From contig OX597832.1 of assembly GCA_951406725.2 (NCBI GenBank), positions 51,026,001 through 51,090,000 on the forward strand: 64,000 nucleotides of DNA, written 5' to 3'. The notes beneath the pieces were generated by a model that ran no database searches, was not told where the DNA came from, and worked only from the letters and a program-made list of their open reading frames with translations. Made by a program: the position numbers and the translations under genes. Origin of the DNA: Octopus vulgaris (taxonomy: Eukaryota). This document shows, piece by piece, positions 51,698 to 63,333 of this stretch. Positions within the stretch are counted from its first letter, which is position 1. Every line of letters begins with the position of its first letter.

Positions 51698-52541
51698 TAT
51701 ATATACATATAATAAAATATTATATAATATTAATATTATATATATACATACATACATATATATATATGTGGGGGGGGGGGCTGTATGTATGTATATATAT
51801 TGGTTGTTTGGTGACTAACTTACTGATCAGTCAATGAAAATACTACAACAAACGTGTGGTAGATAGTCAATCACAGGGGGGGGGAGAGCCTCTGGGGGAG
51901 GGGGTAGTGGCATTTACATAGAACCAATGTTGAAAGATGAGGGGGAGTAATACTGTTGTTTGTAAGATTATCCACGGGTTATGGAGCTCAACAGTAACAG
52001 ATGTGTTTTCAATATCAATATTATTATCAATTATTATTATTATTATCATTATCAGTTATCCATGAGAAAACTGAAAGATTCTGTCAAAAAAAAAAAAAAG
52101 AAAGGGAAAAAGAAGAAAAGATAAAGGATATCCTTTAACACCAACATCAAGACAAAATTACTAATTTTATACAATATTTTGCAGAATGCTTCGACTGAAT
52201 ATAAATCAGATAAAAATGTCTGGTTGATGTGTGTTGTATACACATCTTAATTTTTACACTCCTTTTTTTCTTCTATTTTTTTTTTTCTTTTCATGGAATT
52301 TGTCTACTCCAAAGAAATGATAGCATTAACATTTTTTTTTTTTTTAAATGCCGGTAAAACTGTTCTCTGTATATCCTGGATTACACTGTTGATCTTTTAA
52401 CACATATTGACAGCAATTGCACAAGATAATTCCAAAATAATATAGACTGCAGCAAGTGAAGAGCAACCCATTGATAAAATGTCATATCGTGTAAGTAATC
52501 CAAAATAACAGGCTGTAATGGAATAGCATTGTTCCAAAAAG

Positions 52542-52579
<38 letters not shown>

Positions 52580-53393
52580 GTGAAAACAATGTCAAAGGGT
52601 AGTTTATGGTTGATTGCAAGATGGGAAACAAATTAGATTTCAGGTGAAATCTGTTCAGTCACTATCTGAAAATTTAATTTGAGTGCATTACAAAAAAAAA
52701 AAAAAAAAAATGAAAAAGTTTTTCATTGAAGAAACTACTTTTGAAGGACAACAACTCTTGAATGGGTTAAAACAAGAATTTGGGATTTCATGTTTTTGCT
52801 TTTTTGTGTCTTGTTTTTCTCTCATAAAATATTAATACATGCCCATAAAACTGTATGAGGTCTTTATCAACACTAACACGGAGAACCAAAAAATCTGGGC
52901 TTCTAACAAACAGATTGGTTTGTTTGTTAAGGATATCAGAAGAAAGAAATACTGACACATCATTACATGTGAGGTAAGTTAAAATGAGAATGGGGAAAAA
53001 ATACAGATGGTTTCAGGGCAGAGGGTATTTGTCAAATGGTAGCAGAAATGGTGGTAGGATGGGTATGACAAAATAGGATAAAAAGAAATCTACAGACAGT
53101 CTTTTTCTGTAATGTTTCCATTGTATAAGTTGTCTCAGAAATGTTTGTCTTCAGGTGATAGTGAGACAATCACACAGCTGAAAATTTAAAAGGAAATTAG
53201 GAGAAAGTGATTAGTCCATATCGCAATATGTTCAAACTCCACAAGAAAAGTCTCTGCTTTTTTTATTTTTAGTCTTTTGGGATTTTAGTGATATGTACAA
53301 AGCACAGCAATGAAAACAAGAGTTTTGAGGAAAAATAAAATGTAACCTAAAACTGTATGTATGTATTTATTTCAACTATAATTGTCTCAATCC
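51250..53393 (-). other. Probable ZC3H13 3' UTR (~2.1 kb)
   Basis: SINE-free, U-rich stretch after the stop, with AATAAA on the minus strand at about 51272-51277. Confidence 0.5.
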
Positions 53394-53537
53394 TCAAGAA
53401 GAACAAGTGACTTCTTTCAGCATCAGATTGTCCTTCCTCCCATTGGAATCATGTCCTTGTTTAAAAAGCTGAACACTTAATTTACATAGGTCACTGTCAA
53501 AAATCTGAGTTGGATAAAGGCTAGGCTGTTCTACATT
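53394..53537 (-). CDS. ZC3H13: ZC3H13 last coding exon
   Basis: tttcag|AAT...TGA; NVEQPSLYPTQIFDSDLCKLSVQLFKQGHDSNGRKDNLMLKEVTCSS*; phase 0 matches. Confidence 0.85.
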   Translation of the reverse strand, partial: NVEQPSLYPTQIFDSDLCKLSVQLFKQGHDSNGRKDNLMLKEVTCSS

Positions 53538-54812
53538 CTGAAAGAATAAGAAAAGAAAATCATTATAAAACATGACATAAAACAAGCATCGTTATCATTT
53601 AGCATCCGTTTTCCATGCTAGCATGGGTTAGACATGTTGACTGAAGCTGGTAAGCCAGAAATTTACACCAAGCCCCAGTCTGTTTTGGTTTAGTTGCCCT
53701 TCATAATGCCAACCACTCTACAGTGTGTAGTGAAAAAGAAGTAATTTCTCCTCTTCTCCTCTGGAAGCCATCTACTCGCAATACCAGAGGGCACGCACAC
53801 ACTCTCCTACTCTGATGTAATCTCCAGGGATACAGGCATCCAGCAACAGGACCTCCGTAATGCCATGATGGACCGTGAAGTCTGGCGTAGCATGGTAAAT
53901 TCCATTGTCTCGACCACGGTCGAACAATGATGATGATGATGATGTGTACTAGGTGTCTTTTACATTTCACCAGCACAGGTGCCTTTTAGGTGTCAAGGCA
54001 CCAATGCCAATAACACATAAAAGGCATCCACTATACTCTGTAGAGTGGTCAGCATTAGGAAGGGCATCTAGCCATAGAAACCAAGTCAAAACAGACAGAT
54101 GGAACCGAGGTGGTTCTCTGACCCACCAGCCCCACGAAAACAAAAACATGCAAGAAGGAATATCTATGTTGCTTATGGAATTGGCTTACTGAACACTACT
54201 TAATCAGAACTTCAAATCTTGATTACAGCCACAGTGTTCTGTCTTTGACTGAGGCACATAACTATGCTGGATATAATTTGCCTCAATGTATTAAAAAAAT
54301 AAAAACCGTTTATTCCTACTTCATATTTAAGTGGTTAGCAGTGAGAAGAACATCCAACTGTGAAAACCAATTGCACCAAGTTTGGGGTGAAATTTGTAAA
54401 TTAAAGCTACCATTGGTTTCATGCTAAGAAAAACAGGAAAATACCCTAGTGCCTTAACAATTTTTTAAGTCAATCTCATGGACAAAGGTGTTTGCCTCCA
54501 TTTTGGAAAACACATATGTATATATACATGATAAGCATTTTTCAGTTTCCACCAACCAAATCCACTCACAGACCCTTTGGCTATAGCAGAAGGTACAGGC
54601 TACACAGAGGGGCTGAATCTGAAACCATGTGGTTGGGAAGCAAGAGTTCTCAAACACAACACAGCCATGCTTAAATGAGCTGGTACATCGAGGAATATGG
54701 GAAAAGAAACAGTTTTACTTGAGTCCCTTTAAAACACAAACAATGAAAGAAGATACATCAATTTGACGCTGATCATTGATTATCATAAAAATATAAAAAA
54801 ACAAAACAAAAC

Positions 54813-55057
54813 CTTATCAATCTGGCAGAGCTGGCGTCGAATCTCCAAATCTCTCCTAGCACAGAGAGCCCGCCGATGTGATCCAATATCATGAAGAAGA
54901 TTACTTCTGTCTTTGTTCTTTTTTACAGAAGCCATGTGGAGAGCAGCAATGTGGTTTCGAAACTTGAACTGATCAACTTCAGGTGGATTAGTATCTTTTG
55001 TTGAATTTTCATTTGTTGAATTTTCAGTTGTTGAATTTTCATTTGGCTGGTCTTTGC
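54813..55057 (-). CDS. ZC3H13: ZC3H13 exon, 245 nt
   Basis: ttctag|GC...AAG|gtttt; ...FRNHIAALHMASVKKNKDRSNLLHDIGSHRRALCARRDLEIRRQLCQIDK, resembling ZC3H13 ..ALNMAAL.RKEERA.LL.NLG...KALC.RRD.AIRKQL. Confidence 0.9.
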
Positions 55058-55284
55058 CTAGAAAAGATACATATATATATATATAACGGGAAGATTTACG
55101 AAAATAAACAAAAGACGAAGGCAGGTGGAGTACAAACAAACAAATGTATTAGTATGGCGCTCAGGAATAGAAATAGAACAAGTCTTTTACGTTTCGAGCC
55201 TACGCTCTTCGACGGAAAGATACACAGAAAAGAAACAAGGAGAGAAAAAAAAAATATATATATATATAGATGGATGGATTAAAT

Positions 55285-55515
55285 CAATGGTTCCCAAACC
55301 TTTTTTGGTGTTGCCACCCTCTTGGTGCCCAGGCCACTCACCACCACAAATATAAGCCACTTTTTGCAACAAATTCAAAACAACTGAATTTCACAAATTT
55401 CACACTCAACCCATTTTTACACCAATTATTTCGTTGTTTTTTGGCCACCCCCATTATCGCCCCACATTTTTCAACACCAGCTAGATCTTTCCACCACCCA
55501 CTTTCGGAACCACTG
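55285..55515. mobile_element. hAT-like MITE
   Basis: CAATGGTTCCCAAA...TTTCGGAACCACTG; 8-bp TSD GATTAAAT. Confidence 0.8.
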
Positions 55516-56939
55516 GATTAAATAATAACATTTTTATGATATAAAAAAGAAATAAAATAGATTACAGTTAGTTTCAAAAAAGAATATAGACAGTTGTTCA
55601 ATTGACTGAATAGTCCAAAGAGACATCATTATCATCAAAGTTCATTTTCCATGGTGGCAAGGAGTGGATGGTTTGACAGGATCTAGCAAGCTGTAGGGCT
55701 ACATTAACATTCCAATGCCAGCTTTGGTATGGTCTCAGTGGTTGGCTGTCCTTCCTAATGCTAACCTCTCAACAGTAAGTACTGGGTGCTTTTTTTTCCA
55801 TGCCATCAGCACTCAGTGAGGTTACCAAGGTAACTTGCAAGACAAGAAAAAGCCCTCTTGATTAAGTACGTGTGTGTATGTGGGGGAAGGCTTTATGCCA
55901 AGTGTATGATAGAAAGACAAGAACATATATCTTCTATAGAGAAATACATGGCTACTCCACATGATATAAGGGGGGATGGTAGTAACAAGAAGACAGTAGT
56001 GGTGGGGGTGCCAGAGCAAAGTAAGTATAAGAAAGGATATGGGGAGTGGATCAGGAAAGTGGAGAGAGGGGTGGTGGTTTCATAACCAGCCACATCAGGC
56101 CTATATATTCTACCAGTTTTATGTTCAAACTGGCCAGATCCAACCTCTTATACCTACCCTACCATGTAATTTTAAAAATAAACAAGCACACCATTGAAAT
56201 CCCAAAACTATGAGATAATGCATGATTAATTCAAAACAATGTGAAAACATAAGCATTGCATTTGGCAGAGTAATCTGAACATTAAATGGTTAAAGATGGG
56301 GTTAGCGGTGAATGTAGTGAGTGATGAACAAGGATAGAGGTGCAGTTGATGGGAAAAGTAATTTTCAGGTAGAATCTGTGTGACATGGGATATCCTTTAA
56401 ATTAAAGGTATCATCCATCTAACAGGCTTTCACAGACTTTCTGTCAACTCAATTGCACTTGCAAAGCTTGAGTCAACCTGAAGTTTTCCCAAGATGCCAC
56501 GCAGTGGAACAGAAGCTGACACTGACTGAGAAGATCTGTCAAACCAAGTGAGATCATATCCATGGTCAATGCCAGTGTTTCGTAACTGGCACCACCCATG
56601 GAGTGGACAGCATTAGGAAGGGCATCCGGCTGTAGAAACCATGCCAAATCAGATTGGAACCTGGTGCAGCACCGCAGCTTACCAGTTTTCATTCAAACTG
56701 TCAAACCCATGCCAGCACGGAAAACGGACATTGGATGATGATGATGATCTCACGATTGCAAAGCAAACTCTTTAACAGTTCAACCACACTGCATCTATAA
56801 ATATATATACATAGGTGTAGGCATGTTTGTATAGTTAAGAAGTTGCTTCCCATGGTATTAGGTTCAGTCGCATTGTGTGGCAACTTGAGCAAGTGTCTTC
56901 TACTATAGCCCCAGGCCAACCAATGCATTGACAGTAAAA

Positions 56940-57170
56940 AGCGGCGAGCTGGAAGAAACATTAGCACGCCAGACGAAATGCTTCGCAGTATTTCGTCTGC
57001 CGCTACGTTCTGAGTTCAAATTCCGCTGAGGTTGACTTTGCCTTTCATCCTTTCAGGGTCGATTAAATAAGTACAAGTTACGCACTGGGGTTGATGTAAT
57101 CGACTTAATCCGTTTGTCTGTCCTTGTTTGTCCCCTCCGTGTTTAGCCCCTTGTGGGTAGTAAAGAAATA
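56940..57170 (+). mobile_element. tRNA-derived SINE family B (Nin/Deu-like central domain), representative copy
   Basis: GAGTTCAAATTCC box B followed by GCCTTTCATCCTTTC.GGGTCGAT.AAATAAGTAC. Further copies at ~9025, 11868, 12285, 27335, 27560, 28970, 33878, 45066, 61047. Confidence 0.88.
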
Positions 57171-57948
57171 GAAAATGCATTGACAGTAGATTTGGTAGAT
57201 GGAATCTGAAAGAAAGCCATCATGTGTATGTGTGTAAATGAGTGTCCCTGTCATACAAGCAGTACCATTCATTACCAATATTTTGTGAGAACATATCTGG
57301 CAGTGGCAAAATATTACCTTGCTTAAAAAAAAAGGTGAAGATTGATGACATGAAGGGCATCTGGCCATAAAAAATTTGTGCCTCAATAAACTCCATTACA
57401 AAAGTGGACATAAAAAAACAATGATGATGATACAACAAATTACAATAAAACATCATCATCATCATCATCGTTTAAGGTCCGCTTTCCATGCTAGCATGGT
57501 TGGATGATTTTGACTGAGGGCTGGCGAACCAGATGGCTGCACCAGGCTCCAGTCTTGATTTGGCAGAGTTTCTACAGCTAGATGCCCTTCCTAATGCCAA
57601 CCACTCCGAGAGTGTAGTGGGTGCTTTTTACATGCCACCGGCACGGAGGCCAGTCAGGCAGTACTGGCAATGACCTTGCTCGAATCCTTTCACACATGCC
57701 ACCAGCACAGGTGCCAGTAAGGCAACGTTGGTAACAATCACGCTCAAACGGTGCCCTTTTACGTGCCACTGGCACAGAAGCCAGTTGGCTGCTCTGGCAA
57801 TGATCACGCTCGGATGGTGCTCTTGGCACCCTACTAACACGGGCACAAAACCAGGTAACGAAAACATGTGTTCACAGGCATAACACACCAATGAACAGCA
57901 GTGGGAAATAAGAAATATCCGAAGATTCAAATGAGAGAAAGAAATTAC

Positions 57949-58167
57949 CCTGTTCGTTTGTCTCTTTTATTTCCGTTAAATGTTTATTGCAAATGTCTTG
58001 AAGTTTAATGAAGATAAAGTCACCAGCAAACTGACGAGAGACACCAATCTTACTAAATATCCGGCCAGGCCTGAACCCCTGCAAAGCAGAGCCCAACTGT
58101 TCAGTAGGTTTCGGACGGTTTGTTTGCATCATGTGTGACCAATCAATATTGAGGACATCAACAATAC
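57949..58167 (-). CDS. ZC3H13: ZC3H13 exon, 219 nt, conserved C-terminal domain
   Basis: ttgcag|GT...CAG G|gtaat; IVDVLNIDWSHMMQTNRPKPTEQLGSALQGFRPGRIFSKIGVSRQFAGDFIFIKLQDIC, resembling ZC3H13 DWS.L...GAAL.KF.PG.V..RVGISK.LAG..LF.KV...C. Confidence 0.9.
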
Positions 58168-59396
58168 CTGCAAAGAAAGTAAGAAAGGAAAATATATAAA
58201 TACATATAAGAAGTTTAGAAACCTCAAGAGAATGCAAAATAATTTGTTTTTAACCCCTTACCCGGCAGAAACGAATATATGCGTTTTGACCGAAATGGTT
58301 TTTTTCTATCTCTGGCGAGTTACCTCGTCAAAAGATAGACTCGCCAAAATCGACAGCAAACGAGTTCCTTCGTCTATTATAAACTCTTTTTTGACAATTA
58401 AATAAAACAATTAAAAAATATGTCTGAAAAAATACATTTATTTTCAAAATAATTGTTGGGTAAGGGATTAATGGTTGGAACTTGAAGCAGATAATGCTAT
58501 AAATGATAGAGCACTGTATTGACCTCATCTATTTACAGAGAAGGTGGGTTCGAATCTCAGGGGTAGCCTTCAACCTTTTCTTACCAAAATGAATTTTAAC
58601 CCAATATCCACATATTATTTATAGCTTTACAAATACAAATGTATTTATCATGAACAGTTTAAAAAAAAAGGGGGACATTTGCAGTGAAGAAATAAAAAAA
58701 AATAATGAAGCAAAACAAATCAATAATAATTAAACAATAAACATGAAAGTCAAATGTAAAATTCTGCTATAAAAGCTTCAATCATCTTCATCCTTTAACA
58801 TCTGCTTTCCATGTTGGCATGGATGGGTTGGATGGTTTGACCAGAGCTGGCAAGCTAGAGAGCTGCACCAGATTCCAGTCTGATTTGGATTGGTTTCTAC
58901 AGCTGGATGCCCTTCCTTTGAAATAGAAACTTCTCAGAAAGATTTTTCGTAAGTGAAGGCATGTGGTTGTATAGTTAAGAAGTTTGCTTTGTAACGACAT
59001 GGTTTGGGTTTCAGTCCCACCATGTGGCATTTTGGACAAGGGCTGACCATTGCCCTGTGAGTGAATTTTGTAGACAGAAACTGTGTGGGAATTTGTTATG
59101 TATGTGTGTGTGTCTTTGTATCTGTGTTTGTCCTCTCTTCCTGCAGTGTGGCAACCAGCGTTGGTTTGTTTATGCCCCATTAATTTAGGTGTCTTGGCAA
59201 AATAGGTCAATAGAATAAGTACCAGACTTGAAAAACACGTACTTGGATGAATTTATTCGACTAAACCCTTCGAGGCAATGGCAGAAAGAAGTAAAAAATA
59301 AAAGATAAATCAATGGAGGTCTGGACTTTGGTGATGTTTATAGAATGAATTGTGGTGAAAAGGTGCCACGTTTTGAAGTAACTATTAACATAATAC

Positions 59397-59671
59397 AGTT
59401 CTATATTTAAGAGATGAGGAATTATGTACATTATTTACATTCAACGGATATTTGTCCTCATCTTGTTTGTTGTTAACACGTTTCGGCTGATATATCCTCC
59501 AGCCTTCATCAGGTGTCTTGGGGAAATTTCGAACCTGGGTTCTCATTCCTAAGGTATTTTTCGATGTTATTATTTTTATTATTATTGTTATTGTTCAGGT
59601 CACTGCTTGGAATCGAACTCGGAATCTTGGGGTTAGTAGCCCGCACTCTTAACCACTATGCCATATGCCCA
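59397..59671 (-). mobile_element. tRNA-headed SINE with Penelope-type minimal hammerhead motif
   Basis: Minus strand: GGGCATATGGCATAGTGGTTAAGAGTGCGGGCTACTAACCCCAAGATTCCGAGTTCGATTCC (box A/box B), an (AAT)n linker, then ACAC-CTGATGA-A-GGCTG-N10-CAGCC-GAAAC-GTGTT. An inverted partial copy lies at 59771-59890. Confidence 0.75.
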
Positions 59672-59673
59672 TG

Positions 59674-59769
59674 GGCCTGGCCAGATATTTAGTAAGATTG
59701 GTGCATCGTTGTCAGTTTGCTGGTGACTATATCTTCATTAAACTTCAAGACATTTACAATAAACAATTA
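59674..59769 (+). other. Inverted intronic copy of part of a ZC3H13 coding exon (source 57977-58071)
   Basis: ggcctggccagatatttagtaagattggtg...gtcagtttgctggtgactatatcttcattaaacttcaagacatttacaataaaca aligns at ~90% with the reverse complement of 57977-58071. Confidence 0.95.
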
Positions 59770-60346
59770 TTAAAAATACCTTAGGAATGAGAACCCAGGT
59801 TCGAAATTTCCCCCAAAACACCTTAAGATGGCTGGAGGGTATATCAGCCGAAATGTGTTAACAACCAACAAGATGAGAGCAAATATCCGTCATCATCATC
59901 ATCATCGTTTAACGTCCGCTTTCCGTGCTAGCATGGGTTGGACGGTTCAACTGGGGTCTGGGAAGCCAGAAGGCTGCACCAGGCCAGTCAGATCTGGCAG
60001 TGTTTCTACAGCTGGATGCCCTTCCTAATGCCAACCACTCCGTGAGTGTAGTGGGTGCTTTTTATGTACCACAGACACAGGTGCCAGATGAGGCTGGCGA
60101 ACGGCCACGGTCGGATGGTGCTTTTTACGTGCCACCGGCACGGAGGGTACGCAAGGCTGGCAACGGCCACGAGCGGATGGTGTTTGTTACGTGCCACCAG
60201 CACGGAGGCCAGTCGATGTGGTGCTGGCTACGGCCACGTTCGGATGGTTGAATGTAAATAATGTAAATAACTATTAACGTGTTGCTCAGTGAATGTACAA
60301 ATATTTCACCAAATACGTAGCAAGTTTAACAAAAACATAAGCTCAC

Positions 60347-60472
60347 TTTTCTTTTTCTTCTTCTTGTCCCCACCGACTCCAAGGAGGTCCAGGTCCAAAT
60401 CTCCCGTCATGCTCTCTTCTTCTGAACTGATCTCTTCGTACTGCATACTTTCAGTGTCTAGATCGATACCAT
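60347..60472 (-). CDS. ZC3H13: ZC3H13 exon, 126 nt, acidic with terminal poly-Lys
   Basis: cttcag|AT GGT...AAA A|gtgag; GIDLDTESMQYEEISSEEESMTGDLDLDLLGVGGDKKKKKK; phase 1-1. Confidence 0.85.
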
Positions 60473-61775
60473 CTGAAGTTAAAACAGAACCTAATTCAAC
60501 TAAAACAGATAATTATGATGCTTCGTTTCTCCTGTCGCATTTGCAAACAATAGAAAAAGGAAAATTATTCATGTAAATCTCTATATATTAATAATAATAA
60601 TATTACCATATTTTAATGCATATAAGGAATCCCCTTTTTTTTAAATCAAAAATTAGGTTTAAAAAATATGGTTGCTTCTTATACATGGATAGTATTATAA
60701 TCCCTTACAAAACCATTTTTCAAATTAGGGGGTTCCTTATACACGTTGAAATACGGTGGTGGCAGTTGTGGTGGTAATAATAATAATGATAATAATAATA
60801 ATAATAATAATAAATGCCCTGATCCTTTTTCTTAGTGTATTAAATTAGTGACTGGAAAAACAACATAACAAAAAGGCACTATGTAAAACTAAAATGGAAT
60901 TTTTACTGACTGCAATCTCATGTTATCATACATGAAATAATAACGTTTCTCTATTTCCACTGAGATTTTAATTCAAATATGAATATTTTAACCCTTATGA
61001 TACCAACCCACTCAAGACCAACCCTGCTTCTATGATACAAACTTTTGTTAGCACGCTGGGCGAAATGCGTAGCCGTATTTCGTCTGCCATTACATTCTGA
61101 GTTCAAATTCCGCCAAGGTTGACTTTGTCTTTCATCCTTTAGGGGTCAATAAAATTAAGTACCAGTTACGCACTGGGGTCAATATAATCAACTTAATTCA
61201 TTTGTCTGTCCTTGTTTGTCCCCTCTGTGTTTAGCCCCTTGTGGGTAATAAAGAAACATGATATAAACTTTCTATAGAAAATTATCTAAATTAAAATTTC
61301 CCATTCAAATTCCAAACTAATCTATGTCCTAGTTACCAACTAAGTAATGACCAAGATATTTGAGTAAATTCCTTGTCATTTTCAAAATTAATTGATATAA
61401 AGAGGATGTAGGTCAACAGAAATATGATAACAAAAGGGCCAATAAGATGTTAATTGGGACCACAGGTATTTCAGAGGCTGGGTGAAAAGGTTAACCCTTT
61501 TGTTACTAACCCGGCAGAAAAATTTTTTGGTTCATAATACCAACCCGGTCGTACCCAGCCGAGAGAACCTATTGTTATTTAAATGTAAATCTGAACCCAA
61601 ATCTCGTTGGTACATTCGTTACCAACGTGTCCAGTGTAGTAATACATCTAAAGACGGGAACTTCTGATTAATTCAAAGAGATTATCCTTATCAAGCTCAC
61701 ATCTGAGTACACACATAATCAGACATGATATACACACTTAGCTCTAGTATGGAAATAGAAAAGAAATGTACTTAC

Positions 61776-62203
61776 TAATATCAGAGTTCTGTCTTGGAGC
61801 TGGAGTGGCGACAGGGTTAGGAGGGTTGGGAAGTGGAGGTGCAAAGTTCATGTTAGCAGCCATGTTGTGCATAGGATGCATGTTAATGGACATGGGGGGG
61901 TTGGGTAAACAGGAAGGAAGAGAGAGTGAGAGGGGAGGGAGGTTGTTCATGTTAGGCTGAGAGAGGGAATTGTGTGGAAGTATGCCAGACAGGAGGGGCG
62001 AGTTCATTGGTGGACCCGCCATCGACATGGCTACTAAACTATGGAGGGGGACACAACCGGGTGCATCACCGAGTAACGGCTGCTTGATGACATTGGGCAT
62101 AATATCAACAAGATTCCCATGATTGGAGGAGTCAGGCTGAGGCCGGAAATCAGACATCGGCTCCGGGTCTGGTAGCAATCGAGGTAAGAGTTCTGGCTTC
62201 ATT
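61776..62203 (-). CDS. ZC3H13: ZC3H13 (Flacc/KIAA0853) internal proline-rich exon; the gene continues beyond the window
   Basis: tttcag|A ATG AAG CCA...ATT A|gtaagt; open Pro/Met/Asn-rich frame whose phase 1 end matches the next exon. Assignment is by linkage, not by motif. Confidence 0.75.
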
Positions 62204-62924
62204 CTGAAACTAAACAAAGGAAAACCAAGATAAACACTTTCGCTTTAATCTTTAATTTAAAACTAAATAGAATTCAATGTGAGGTATACTTGCCATCTGA
62301 ATATGGCTAACCACTAAGGGTGGGTGTTACTGTAGCTTGTAGCCACAGGAGAACATCGTCTCCAGCTGGCTTTAGGCACACTTTCTGTGCCCTTATGGTA
62401 CTTGCAAAGGGAGGTCATCCTTCCCTCGTTAACCTAAGTGATACGCACGGACTGCAGTTTCTAGGTATTGACCTGTCTTCAGCGTACGACAATCACCAGT
62501 TTTCGATGAAAAGGTGTTCCAATGCAAATATTTATATCGATTTTCCAGTATTTATAAATAAAATTCAACACAACCATAAATCATCCACAACAAATTATGT
62601 GCAAAAATTACAATGTCCATTTGCCCATTTGTTGAATATAATACTTTGATTTCATATCTCAGACAATACAGACAGCTGTCACTTGTGATGAATATGACTG
62701 AATAACATTTACCATGGTTTTATTAATTGTTTTAGGTGCCAATGTAGTTGTAAGCAGACATAGATACTCTCTTGACCCAGTGGAACAGCAAGGATGTGAC
62801 AGCTGGAGAAAGAGAGAGCTGCACCAGCACCGGGCTTCTATGAATTTTCAGCTGAGTAGACTGGAGCAGCATGATATGAAGTACTTTGTTTAACTCTTTA
62901 GCATTTAAACTGACCATATCAAAA

Positions 62925-63333
62925 TCGTAATCAATCAACATCAATGGAATTTGTAGCTGTGATACAAGTGCCGGTGGCACGTAAGAGAACCATCTGAAAG
63001 TGGCCGTAGCCAGTGCCGCCCTGACTGGCCACTGTGCCGGCGGCACGTAAAAAGCACAATCTGATTGTGGCCGTTTCCAGCTTCATCTGGTCTCCATGTC
63101 GGTGGCACGTAAAAAGCACCATCTGATCGTGGCCGTTTACCAGCTTCGTCTGGCACGTAGAAAGCACCCACTACACTCACGGAGTGGTTGGCGTTAGGAA
63201 GGGCATCCAGCTGTAGAAACACTGCCAGATCAGACTGGGCCTGGTGCACCCTCCTGGCTTCCCAGACCCCAGTTAAACCGTCCAACCCATGCTAGCATGG
63301 AAAGCGGACGTTAAACGATGATGATGATGATGA
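62925..63333 (+). mobile_element. SINE-like family C with (GAT)n tail and internal ~50-60-nt tandem units, representative copy
   Basis: GGAGTGGTTGGCGTTAGGAAGGGCATCCAGCTGTAGAAAC...CCAACCCATGCTAGCATGGAAAGCGGACGTTAAACGATGATG. Copies at ~16872, 19140, 29625, 30254, 34370, 36590, 38553, 39808, 40893, 42440, 47200-47998, 57450, 59891, 63891. Confidence 0.88.

Noticed and set aside
59600-59671. Possible functional tRNA gene
   Set aside because: It lacks a proper acceptor-stem 3' strand and is fused to a repeat body in both copies, so it is a SINE head. The same applies to the heads of families A and B.
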